Shown here: positions 24,876 to 33,230 of the stretch, piece by piece
Layout: the number at the start of each line of letters is the position of its first letter
Position numbering within the stretch: position 1 is the stretch's first letter
Source: Escherichia phage vB_EcoM_UP17
Strand: one strand, 5' to 3'
DNA length: 64,000 nt
Sequence record: LR746137
The notes under the pieces: model-generated
Told to the model about the DNA's origin: nothing
The model's input: the letters and a program-made list of their open reading frames with translations, nothing else
Database searches by the model: none
Position numbers and translations under genes: made by a program

Positions 24876-25355
24876 ATGGAACTCAATAAAGATACACTGT
24901 GGGAACTCTTCAAAACCTTCGCTGGTTTTAAAGAGAATTCTGAATCCCAACAAGATTCTATACCATCTCAAAAACCTGAAACTCTAGTCAAACAAAATAA
25001 ATTTGATGAAGAAAAGATGCAGGTTATTGAGGTCTTGTATTGTCCACCTGAAGAAGACGATCTCCACGGAGAGCGCATGTCTGATTTGGAAATCAGGAAG
25101 ATGGTTGACAACTTCAATGAGAATATTACCAACATTAGTGGTAATCTTGGTCACATGAAGAACACCGATAAGTTTTCTCCAATTAAAGCTTGGGTAAATG
25201 AAGTCGATTGTTACATTGGTGACGAACTCGTTGTGGAAGGAACTCCCCTCGTTAAAATCCAATTCAACGACCCTGAATTATATCAAGCTCGTAAAGACGG
25301 CGTTCTTAAAGGTTTGAGTATAGGCGCAATGGGCGTTAAAGTCAAGAAGGACTAA
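24876..25355 (+). CDS. head morphogenesis protein, function unknown (159 aa)
   Basis: ATG behind AAGAGG; lies between portal and scaffold; no catalytic motif recognised. Confidence 0.35.
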   Translation: MELNKDTLWELFKTFAGFKENSESQQDSIPSQKPETLVKQNKFDEEKMQVIEVLYCPPEEDDLHGERMSDLEIRKMVDNFNENITNISGNLGHMKNTDKFSPIKAWVNEVDCYIGDELVVEGTPLVKIQFNDPELYQARKDGVLKGLSIGAMGVKVKKD

Positions 25356-25357
25356 TC

Positions 25358-26473
25358 GTGGCAAATACATATTTAACTAACGTAGACTTTTCAGGAAAAG
25401 CTACGGAAGAGTCACTAGGTGCTCATATTGCTTACACTTTTGATTTTCAAGGTGGAGCGGCATCTGGTTATAATACCCCCCTTTTATTTAAGTCAGACGG
25501 ATCTCCAGACATAACTTTTGAAAAGTTAGAAGCTCTCACTAAAATGGGAGAAGATGTTACAGAGTTACGTAAAAGCTATATTCAACAAGTGATGGATCGC
25601 ATTTCTGAAAAAGTGCGTGAAAAATTTGAAGCTGGTTGGGATTGGGTTTACGTTATTGATGCTGACTTCGATGCGAACGTTGCAATTTTCTGTTCAGATA
25701 ACGGTATGTTCTCTGTTGGCTTTAAAGTTGACGGACTGAATGTTGAAGTTGAAGAGGTTGCTAAACCTGTTGTTCGTGTTACTGATTATCAAGTTGTTGA
25801 TGGTGATGTAATGATCTCCATTGATTTCTTTGAGGACGTTTTAGACGATGCTTTGAGTAATCTCGTTAAGAGTTCCTTGAAACAAAGTCAAGTTAAAGAT
25901 TATTTAGTGAAAGCTCACGCTAAAGCTAATACAAACTCTGTGGATGCAGAGGCTAACCCCGCAGGTGATAAATCTGCAAACACAACTGGAATCAATAAAG
26001 GAGAAACCCCTTTGGAAAATATCAACAAAGAAGAATTCCTGAAATCTGCTGAATTCCAAGAACTGATGAAAGCACAGATCGCTGAAGCTGTAGAAAAAGC
26101 AGCCGCAGATGCACGTGCAGCCGCAGAACTTGAAGCACAGGAAAAAATCGCTAAGGCAGAACAGGAAGCAGAAGAACTTCGTAAAGCTGAACAAGCTCGT
26201 ATCGAAGAAGAATATACAACTGTTGTTAAATCCTATTCTTTCGTAGAAGAAGACAAAGTTGAAGCTCTCGTTAAATATCTGGTAGACAATAAAGATATCG
26301 CTGAAACTATCGTCAAAGCATTCGAAAAAGCACGTGCAGAAGTGGACGCAGTTAAGAAAGAATTTGGAACAGAACGTGGTGTTGACGTGATCAATACTCA
26401 ACCTGTAGCTAAATCTTCTTCTGAACTGATTAGTCAGAAAGCTGCTGAACTTAAAAAAGCCCAGAAACAATAA
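25358..26473 (+). CDS. scaffolding protein (possibly with an N-terminal domain of other function)
   Basis: GTG start; C-terminal half is an Ala/Glu/Lys-rich coiled coil (AAADARAAAELEAQEKIAKAEQEAEELRKAEQARIEEE). Confidence 0.5.
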   Translation: MANTYLTNVDFSGKATEESLGAHIAYTFDFQGGAASGYNTPLLFKSDGSPDITFEKLEALTKMGEDVTELRKSYIQQVMDRISEKVREKFEAGWDWVYVIDADFDANVAIFCSDNGMFSVGFKVDGLNVEVEEVAKPVVRVTDYQVVDGDVMISIDFFEDVLDDALSNLVKSSLKQSQVKDYLVKAHAKANTNSVDAEANPAGDKSANTTGINKGETPLENINKEEFLKSAEFQELMKAQIAEAVEKAAADARAAAELEAQEKIAKAEQEAEELRKAEQARIEEEYTTVVKSYSFVEEDKVEALVKYLVDNKDIAETIVKAFEKARAEVDAVKKEFGTERGVDVINTQPVAKSSSELISQKAAELKKAQKQ

Positions 26474-26492
26474 TCTTAGGAGATTAAATTAA

Positions 26493-26891
26493 ATGGCTAA
26501 AGGAATTACTTTATCTAACTCTCGCCAGGAATTCGGACACCTGGTTCTGGGTGGAGTGTTTAGCTCTGACCTTGGACACTGTGTACGTGAAGTTAACCTG
26601 GTTAAAACAGCAACCATGAAAATTGGTTCTATCCTGAAAGCTGACAACACTGAAGCTGCTAAAGCTGAAGCTGCCGATGCTGCTAAAGTTCTGATTTGGA
26701 CTGATGCTCTGTTCGGTATTGACGATGTAGCAGTAGGTGACACTTTCACCGCAGTTGTTGGCGTACGTGATCTTACTCTGAACCGCTTTGCAGTATACTA
26801 CAAAGATGGCTCCCTGGTAGATGACGCTGGCGTAGCAGCACTGGAAACACATGATCTGAAACTGACCGAAAAAGTCGTTTTCACTTCTTAA
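26493..26891 (+). CDS. head decoration or accessory capsid protein candidate (132 aa)
   Basis: Small gene between scaffold and major capsid (lambda D position); RBS TAGGAGATTAA nearly identical to the capsid gene RBS. Confidence 0.3.
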   Translation: MAKGITLSNSRQEFGHLVLGGVFSSDLGHCVREVNLVKTATMKIGSILKADNTEAAKAEAADAAKVLIWTDALFGIDDVAVGDTFTAVVGVRDLTLNRFAVYYKDGSLVDDAGVAALETHDLKLTEKVVFTS

Positions 26892-26912
26892 TTTTAATAG
26901 GAGATTAATATA

Positions 26913-27914
26913 ATGCCAGCAGTAATTTTAGATCAGGTTGTAGATTTCAGCCCTATGATCGAACTTCAGGATTCCCCTGATACACTGATTGCCAGCCTGA
27001 ATCTGTTCAGTGTTGACTATCATTCAACTACCGCTATTGAAATCGGTAAAGAAAAAGCTGAAGATGCTCTGATCTCCGCTCGTGAGCGTGGTGGTGAGCG
27101 TAACTTCCTGACCATGAAAAATCCAGAACTGAAAGCGTTCCGCATTCCGTTCTTCCCTCTGGATAAAAACATCAAAGCTCAAGATATTCAATCTTTCCGT
27201 AGCTTTGCGATGGCAGGAATCAATGACTCTCTGCGCACAGACGCTGAAGTTGTTAACCGCTATATGTCCCAGATTCTGCGTGACGTAGCAAAAACCAAAG
27301 AGAAAATCTTTGCAGAAGCAGTTATGGGTCGTGCCTATAACGGCGTAGGTGGTGCAGCTAACTCTGCATACAACTGGTATACCGAATGGGGTGCTACCCA
27401 GAAATCTGTTGCTGTAGACTTTGCTTCTACCACTGTTTCTCCAGCAGCCACTATCGAACAAGAAGCTCGTGCTTACATCATCGATACTAAACAAGATGGC
27501 TCTACCGCTACCCGTATCGTAGCTCTGTGTTCTCGTGAATTTTTCGCATCTCTGGTTAACTCTCCGTTTGTTCGCCAGGCGTATCAGTATTTCCAGGGAA
27601 CTCCTAACCTTCTGCGTGACCGCCTTAGCGGTAACATGGATGTTCAGGTGTTCGAATGGAATGGTGTAACTTACATTGAAGATATCCACGGTAACATCCC
27701 TGCTGGTGAAGCATATGTTCTGCCTATGGGTATCGAAGGTATGTTCCAGGCGCACTACGCTCCTGCGGATACTCCAGAACTGGCTAACACCCAGGCTCGT
27801 GAACTGTATACCTTCATGATCAGCCAGCACCGCACTATTCAGCTTCAGTCTGAATTCTCGCTGCTCGCAGTTAACACCCGTCCAGAACTGGTAGTTAAAC
27901 TGACTACGGCTTAA
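26913..27914 (+). CDS. major capsid protein, lambda gpE-like
   Basis: 333 aa; C-terminal ELANTQARELYTF resembles lambda E GNTQARGLRTYG; followed by a strong terminator. Confidence 0.7.
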   Translation: MPAVILDQVVDFSPMIELQDSPDTLIASLNLFSVDYHSTTAIEIGKEKAEDALISARERGGERNFLTMKNPELKAFRIPFFPLDKNIKAQDIQSFRSFAMAGINDSLRTDAEVVNRYMSQILRDVAKTKEKIFAEAVMGRAYNGVGGAANSAYNWYTEWGATQKSVAVDFASTTVSPAATIEQEARAYIIDTKQDGSTATRIVALCSREFFASLVNSPFVRQAYQYFQGTPNLLRDRLSGNMDVQVFEWNGVTYIEDIHGNIPAGEAYVLPMGIEGMFQAHYAPADTPELANTQARELYTFMISQHRTIQLQSEFSLLAVNTRPELVVKLTTA

Positions 27915-27935
27915 CAGAACTCTGTTAATATTAGA

Positions 27936-27968
27936 GGCTCGTCCGTGATGGGCGAGCCTTTTCTGTTT
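27936..27968 (+). terminator. rho-independent terminator after the capsid gene
   Basis: AGGCTCG...CGAGCCT hairpin followed by TTTTCTGTTT. Confidence 0.5.
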
Positions 27969-27998
27969 ACAATAAGAGTTTACAATGAGGAGATTGAT

Positions 27999-28343
27999 AT
28001 GTCAAACCCAGAATTGAAACGTTACTTTAGTTATCACGAAATGATTCGTGATTTCGAATCGCTTTCACCACTGATTGATGCTGATAAAACATTAGTATCT
28101 GCGCCACCAATGTCTTTCTATCTGAAAGATGGTCGTATTGCATTAGGTGGAAACTTCATTCACTTCCTCACGCGTTTGAGAGAAGAAACAGGTATTCTTG
28201 TGCATCCTTTTGCAAGTGAAGAACACATGGGTTACTATCTTGTAAGTTACGAAGACTATGCACCTGTAAAAATCAAAGAAGAAGTTTTAAAAGTAGAAGC
28301 GGTAGACACTCCAGCTAAAAAACGTTCCCTTCGTAAAAAATAA
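27999..28343 (+). CDS. head-tail connector/completion protein candidate (114 aa)
   Basis: Start moved to ATG 27999 behind GAGGAG, because the track start lies inside the terminator hairpin. Confidence 0.35.
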   Translation: MSNPELKRYFSYHEMIRDFESLSPLIDADKTLVSAPPMSFYLKDGRIALGGNFIHFLTRLREETGILVHPFASEEHMGYYLVSYEDYAPVKIKEEVLKVEAVDTPAKKRSLRKK

Positions 28344-28352
28344 GGTGGGCTT

Positions 28353-28901
28353 ATGCTGAATGCGGTAGAGTTGGCACCACTGATCCGAATTCTTGTTTAT
28401 AACCCTTCTCAAGAAGTATTGCCAGATGCAATGCTGATTCAGATCATCCAAACTTGGATTGATATTATAGGGAATGAAGATAAGGATAAGTGTGCAGTAT
28501 TGTGGAACAGCTTGATTTCTGTTTTAGAGTATTTATGGAACAACGATGTTCTTAACAACAGTACTCAAACAGGGGGAGCTATGTCCCGCAGAGAAAAGAT
28601 GGGTGAAGTCGAAGTTGAAGTTAAATTTAACAACGGTCAAGTCACTTATAAGTCTCCGTGGGAAGATATCTATCATAACTATTTAAATGGTCTTATGGTC
28701 ATTCCTGGGTGCACGGCAGGACGAGGAGCAACCAGTAAAGTTCTTATTGGTGGTGTTGATGCTCGTGAGATTGACCGAGTAAACAGCGATCCTAACTCTG
28801 TAAATGGCCTTGGTAATGTTGCAAGTGTTGATCGTAATACACGCAACGTTAATTATTTGCGAAATTACGGACCTGTTTCTTTTTATCGTAGGGACAAATA
28901 A
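28353..28901 (+). CDS. head/tail completion protein candidate (182 aa)
   Basis: ORF in the morphogenesis operon between capsid and sheath. Confidence 0.35.
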   Translation: MLNAVELAPLIRILVYNPSQEVLPDAMLIQIIQTWIDIIGNEDKDKCAVLWNSLISVLEYLWNNDVLNNSTQTGGAMSRREKMGEVEVEVKFNNGQVTYKSPWEDIYHNYLNGLMVIPGCTAGRGATSKVLIGGVDAREIDRVNSDPNSVNGLGNVASVDRNTRNVNYLRNYGPVSFYRRDK

Positions 28902-29389
28902 TGGAAAGTGAGATCTTACCAGGTGACGATACAGATTGGGAAACCATTATCAAAAAGATGATGGACCTTGAACAAGTTCAAATCGAAGCTGGTTTTTTAA
29001 CAAACAGAAGGCATCCTGAATCAGATCTCACTATTCCTGCAATAGCAGCTATTCAACAATATGGTAATGAAACAAATAACATACCTGCTCGCCCTTTTAT
29101 AACAGATGGTGCTGTTATCTCACAGAACAATATCGCTAAAAAGATGAAACAGGTGTTTGCAAATTACTTAATGAATAATGTTGGGTTAGCTGTTTTTGAG
29201 CCTATAGCGAGAGCCTCTAGAGAAGGAATAGCTCAAGCGATTGCAATGCAACGTTATCGTCCTTTATCTCCTGTGACAATTAAGATACGACAAGATAAAG
29301 GCAACTATTCTAATCATATCTTAATAGATACGGCACACATGATAAATGCAATCGAAACAAAAATCACAAAAAGCAAGTCTAAAAAATAA
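28901..29389 (+). CDS. head/tail completion protein candidate (162 aa)
   Basis: ATGA-overlapped with the upstream gene. Confidence 0.35.
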   Translation: MESEILPGDDTDWETIIKKMMDLEQVQIEAGFLTNRRHPESDLTIPAIAAIQQYGNETNNIPARPFITDGAVISQNNIAKKMKQVFANYLMNNVGLAVFEPIARASREGIAQAIAMQRYRPLSPVTIKIRQDKGNYSNHILIDTAHMINAIETKITKSKSKK

Positions 29390-29434
29390 CTTGCATAAAC
29401 TTTGTTTTTGATGTATACTAAAAAGGAGATACAA

Positions 29435-29851
29435 GTGTTACTAGATCAATTTACTCTCCTTGATCTAACTGAATACCAAGGTCGTAGACGAGTCTACAAA
29501 GAGGCCGTTGGTTCAGTTATTGCTAACTTAGAAAGTAGTGTAGAATATGAACCATTTACTATTGAAGCTGCAAGCTTACAACCGATATCTGGTAAAACAC
29601 TGAATGCACTACCTGAAGGTTACAGATCTAAGGCTCAATATAGTTTCTGGACTAAAACAGAAATGAAGGGGTTACAACAAGGAACAGAACAGTTATCAGA
29701 TCAGATATTGATAGATGGTAAATGGTATTCTGTTTATTCCCTTAAAGATTGGACCAGAACATCTTTCTTAGTCCATCATCACTGTGTTGCAATATTAGAT
29801 GATCAAAACAACTCCTGGTCTTATGGAACAGAAGGAGGAAATTTTGGCTAA
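29435..29851 (+). CDS. tail completion protein candidate (about 138 aa)
   Basis: Start moved to in-frame GTG 29435, 6 nt after AAAAGGAG; the track ATG at 29402 has no RBS. Confidence 0.35.
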   Translation: MLLDQFTLLDLTEYQGRRRVYKEAVGSVIANLESSVEYEPFTIEAASLQPISGKTLNALPEGYRSKAQYSFWTKTEMKGLQQGTEQLSDQILIDGKWYSVYSLKDWTRTSFLVHHHCVAILDDQNNSWSYGTEGGNFG

Positions 29852-30482
29852 TATTTACCAACAAATAGAAGCATACGAAAATGCCATCTACTTAAATATA
29901 GGTGGCTTCCTTCAAGAATTAGTGGGGTTGCCAGTCTATGTTATGGATAAGCCATTCATTAAACCGGATACTCCTTACCTAGCACTACGTATTATCACTT
30001 CCAGCGATTCTGGAGGTTGGTCTTACCGAAGCTCTATTCAAAATGATATGTATTCCTACGAGATGGATAATACCTACGAGATTGAACTTGTAGCCTATCG
30101 TGGAAGACCTACCACTTTGATGAGCTATGTTCTGGCTGCTCTCCGTGGTGCAGAGGAATTAAAATACAAACATCTCTATTCTAAAGGTCTTGGTTTTTTA
30201 GGAGCCTCTAATATAGCTCAAGCCAATACAATTGTAGACGGAGATAAGACTGAATTAAGAGCGCGTATGGTTATGACGTTCAACACTCGTATGAGTATTG
30301 AAGATATTGCTACTACACCAATAGAAGCAATCAACATGCACATCCGTTCATTCAGAGATAGTTACAATGATCCTATCCCTTTAGATTTAATTCTAAACAG
30401 GGTTTATGCAATTACTTTGGTTCCAGGCGAATACTCGTCAGTTAATCAAAATGGATCATTATTTAACAACCCTACCGAATAA
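29799..30482 (+). CDS. tail protein candidate (up to 227 aa)
   Basis: Overlaps the upstream gene; alternative starts ATG 29823 or TTG 29844 behind AAGGAGGA. Confidence 0.35.
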   Translation: MIKTTPGLMEQKEEILANIYQQIEAYENAIYLNIGGFLQELVGLPVYVMDKPFIKPDTPYLALRIITSSDSGGWSYRSSIQNDMYSYEMDNTYEIELVAYRGRPTTLMSYVLAALRGAEELKYKHLYSKGLGFLGASNIAQANTIVDGDKTELRARMVMTFNTRMSIEDIATTPIEAINMHIRSFRDSYNDPIPLDLILNRVYAITLVPGEYSSVNQNGSLFNNPTE

Positions 30483-30516
30483 ACTCATTGGAATTAAGTT
30501 TCTAACAGGAGCATAA

Positions 30517-31890
30517 ATGGCAACTTTTCGTGAAAAGGTAGCAACCGTAACTTTACTGTATGGTGCTACATCAATTCGTGAAACCCAGTTCGATATTCCC
30601 CTGATCCTTACAGGTCAGAACGTAACTGGCGAAGCGATTCAATATTACTCTTCTTCCGATGCACTTTTGGAAGCAGGTTATGGATTAAATGATCCAGCGT
30701 ATATTATGGCAGTCAAACTGTTTAACGGTTTGTTCCCACCAGATCAAGTCATGGTTGGTAAGCGTGAAGTTACAAACTTTACTCTAACTCCAATTGTAGA
30801 AGATAGTGCAACTTACACAATTACCATCAAAAATGGTACCAAGAAAAAAGAATTTAAATTCATTGCTGATGACACTGCAACTGCACAAGAGATTGTAGTT
30901 GGTCTGACTGAAATGATCAATGCAGATCTTGTTTATGGCCCACTGTTTACAGTAGCTAACAACGGCGCTGCAATGACTTTCACTCCAGTAGAAGGTAAGT
31001 TTGGTTCTATTGACAGCACAGGTTTCACTCAAGAAACTGTCTATGCTAATGCTATTACGGAAGATATTGCTGCTCTGCATGATATTGATAGTAGCTGGTT
31101 CTGGACCCTTTCAGATTCCCATGAAACAGAAGATGTTCTAGCTTTGGCTGCATGGGTAGAAGAGAATGATAAAGTTTACTTCTTCTCTAGCTCTGAACCT
31201 GGAATTAAAACGAAAGCAGAAGATAACGTTCTGGAACGACTGAATGACCTCGGTTATAATAACACTTGCTTTGCTTTGTGGATGACCGATGCAGATTCTG
31301 TATTCCCAGAAGCAGCAGTTGTTGGTGCAATCTGTTCTCGTCAACCTGGTTTAACTACTCTTCACGGTAAAACACTGGTAGGTGTAGAGATCGAGAAACT
31401 GGATCAGACTTCGGAAAACAATATTGTTCAACAGAACGGTAACATCTATCGTAAAGAGCATGGAACTCTGTTCTATCGTGATGGATTGATGGTTAGCGGT
31501 TTCTTTGTTGACTATGTTGTTCATGCTTTGTGGTTTAAAGCTCGCACAGAAGAATCACTGTTTACACTGTTTAAACAACAATCTATGCTGGGTGGTGGTG
31601 TTCGTGCTACTTCAAATGGTCTAGCTTTGATTCGACAAGCTGTTCTGGCTAACCCGATCCAAGTAGGTATCCTCAACGGTTCCATCGCTAATGAAGTTGT
31701 TACTTCTGAAGAGACTGGTTTGCGTGTCGATCTGAAACCTATTGTTTATATTCCTTCTCGTGCCGATATGACTGATGCGCAAATCAATGCTCGTCTGGTC
31801 GATGGGATGAAGATTGAATATGTTTACGCTGGCTTCTTCCATTACGTTAAAGTTCAGGTCAACGTCCTGACTAACCGTACTGCAAACTAA
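30517..31890 (+). CDS. tail sheath protein
   Basis: 457-aa gene immediately before a 159-aa tube-like gene, a frameshifted chaperone and the tape measure, the canonical contractile-tail order. Confidence 0.6.
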   Translation: MATFREKVATVTLLYGATSIRETQFDIPLILTGQNVTGEAIQYYSSSDALLEAGYGLNDPAYIMAVKLFNGLFPPDQVMVGKREVTNFTLTPIVEDSATYTITIKNGTKKKEFKFIADDTATAQEIVVGLTEMINADLVYGPLFTVANNGAAMTFTPVEGKFGSIDSTGFTQETVYANAITEDIAALHDIDSSWFWTLSDSHETEDVLALAAWVEENDKVYFFSSSEPGIKTKAEDNVLERLNDLGYNNTCFALWMTDADSVFPEAAVVGAICSRQPGLTTLHGKTLVGVEIEKLDQTSENNIVQQNGNIYRKEHGTLFYRDGLMVSGFFVDYVVHALWFKARTEESLFTLFKQQSMLGGGVRATSNGLALIRQAVLANPIQVGILNGSIANEVVTSEETGLRVDLKPIVYIPSRADMTDAQINARLVDGMKIEYVYAGFFHYVKVQVNVLTNRTAN

Positions 31891-31936
31891 TACGGCGGGG
31901 GTTAAGCCCCCGTTATCAAAATAAAGAGGATCTATA

Positions 31937-32416
31937 ATGGATAAAATGCTTACTGGCGTAATGGCCTACGACCCATCTCAAGTTATCCTTTCATTAGGTG
32001 GTTGGGAACCGTGGGGTTTTGCGGCTGATACTAAAATCGTTATTGCTAAATCTAACGATATTATCAACCCTTATTCAGGGACTGATGGCGACGTTTCACT
32101 AGCTTTGAGTCGTAACCGTTTGGGAACACTCACAATGTCTTTGCAACGTACATCTCCAGCTAACGAAGTACTTGCAACATATGCACAAACAATGTATTCT
32201 ACTCGTCAAGTAGCGTTCAGTGTTTATTTAGAAGACCCACGTGGCTATTACATTAGCACGATTGGATGGATTCAAAGTCAGCCTGAAGATACTATTGGCG
32301 AAATGATTACAGAGAACCAATGGGTTATTGGTCTTAAAGATGCAAGCCTTCTGCGTAATGAAGTTGGTGTAGGTTTGAGCACCCTTAACTCAATCTCTGC
32401 TCTGACAATTCAATAA
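31937..32416 (+). CDS. tail tube protein
   Basis: 159-aa gene between sheath and chaperone; followed by a terminator. Confidence 0.55.
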   Translation: MDKMLTGVMAYDPSQVILSLGGWEPWGFAADTKIVIAKSNDIINPYSGTDGDVSLALSRNRLGTLTMSLQRTSPANEVLATYAQTMYSTRQVAFSVYLEDPRGYYISTIGWIQSQPEDTIGEMITENQWVIGLKDASLLRNEVGVGLSTLNSISALTIQ

Positions 32417-32422
32417 TAAATA

Positions 32423-32445
32423 AAGGGCAGAAATGCCCTTTTTAT
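32423..32445 (+). terminator. rho-independent terminator after the tube gene
   Basis: AGGGCA-GAAA-TGCCCT followed by TTTTTATCATT. Confidence 0.5.
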
Positions 32446-32461
32446 CATTAGAGAGGAAAAT

Positions 32462-32944
32462 ATGTCACAAGAACAAGATAACACAATTCAAAAATATGCT
32501 CGACCAGAAGAAGTAGTTGAGATTCCGTTAGATGGAAACAGATCTGTTACTTTCCGTATTATGAAGTGGAGTCCATCTAAAGTGTTTGACAGGATTCCAG
32601 AATTAGGTAGTGTTCTGGTTGTTCCTATGACTATGTATAGCACAGCAACAATGTCCGCAGACGAAGACCTTGAGTCACGTATTGCTATGGCACTGATCCA
32701 ACTTTTTGCAGGTTTGGAAGAAAAGAATTTAACTGTCTTTTTGCGTAAAATTTTAGATGAGGTTTATACTCAAGACGGTTATAACGTTGCAGAAAATTTT
32801 GATGAATTATTTATGGCTCACCCAGAACTAGTGTTAGATCTTACTGCTAAAGTTCTGGAGGTAAACTACGGCCCTTTTTTCAAACGAGGTTTCGGAAAAC
32901 TGTTCACACAGCTTCAGGCGATGACGAGTTTAGCAGCAAATTAA
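32462..32944 (+). CDS. tail assembly chaperone, in-frame product
   Basis: 160-aa ORF between tube and tape measure; contains the slippery heptamer T_TTT_TTC at 32875-32881. Confidence 0.5.
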   Translation: MSQEQDNTIQKYARPEEVVEIPLDGNRSVTFRIMKWSPSKVFDRIPELGSVLVVPMTMYSTATMSADEDLESRIAMALIQLFAGLEEKNLTVFLRKILDEVYTQDGYNVAENFDELFMAHPELVLDLTAKVLEVNYGPFFKRGFGKLFTQLQAMTSLAAN

Positions 32945-33210
32945 CACCTGCGATTGAACATGCTATCGACATAGCAACGAAAACCCTTACTTTGAAGTGG
33001 TATGAGGTTATTCTTTGCAAAGTCGTTAAAGATACCTCGGAAACACTGAAAACATTGGATAACTACGGTGTAGATTATCTTTTAAAACTATATGAGTATT
33101 TAACATACGAAGAGTATGTTGAAGCCATGTATGTTAAAGACACTTCAATAAAGAGAAAACATCAAAACCAGACAAATAAAATGTCAGATTTGTTTAAGAA
33201 ACTTGTTTAA
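32462..33210 (+). CDS. tail assembly chaperone, predicted -1 frameshift fusion product
   Basis: -1 frame opens 7 codons before the slippery site (after TAA 32848-32850) and runs to 33210, covering the 32992-33210 track ORF. Confidence 0.45.
32875..32881 (+). other. -1 programmed ribosomal frameshift slippery site (T TTT TTC)
   Basis: Zero-frame codons CCT TTT TTC give the X_XXY_YYZ heptamer; position and frame geometry match lambda G/GT-type chaperones. Confidence 0.5.
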
Positions 33211-33230
33211 TCCAACACGAGGAACATACT

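Noticed and set aside
24876-25355. Prohead protease call for the gene between portal and scaffold
   Set aside because: Position is suggestive but no catalytic Ser/His motif was recognised and the protein is small; kept as unknown head protein.
27024-27830. 268-aa antisense ORF inside the major capsid gene
   Set aside because: Fully contained in the opposite strand of a strongly supported gene, no RBS, Ser/Arg-rich low-complexity translation; the same applies to antisense ORFs at 25904-26470, 59097-59810, 3227-3784, 33234-33515 and 52671-53042.
31894-31913. Terminator between sheath and tube genes
   Set aside because: GC hairpin CGGGGG-TTAAG-CCCCCG is present but followed by TTATCAAAA rather than a U-tract; probably an attenuator or stability element.
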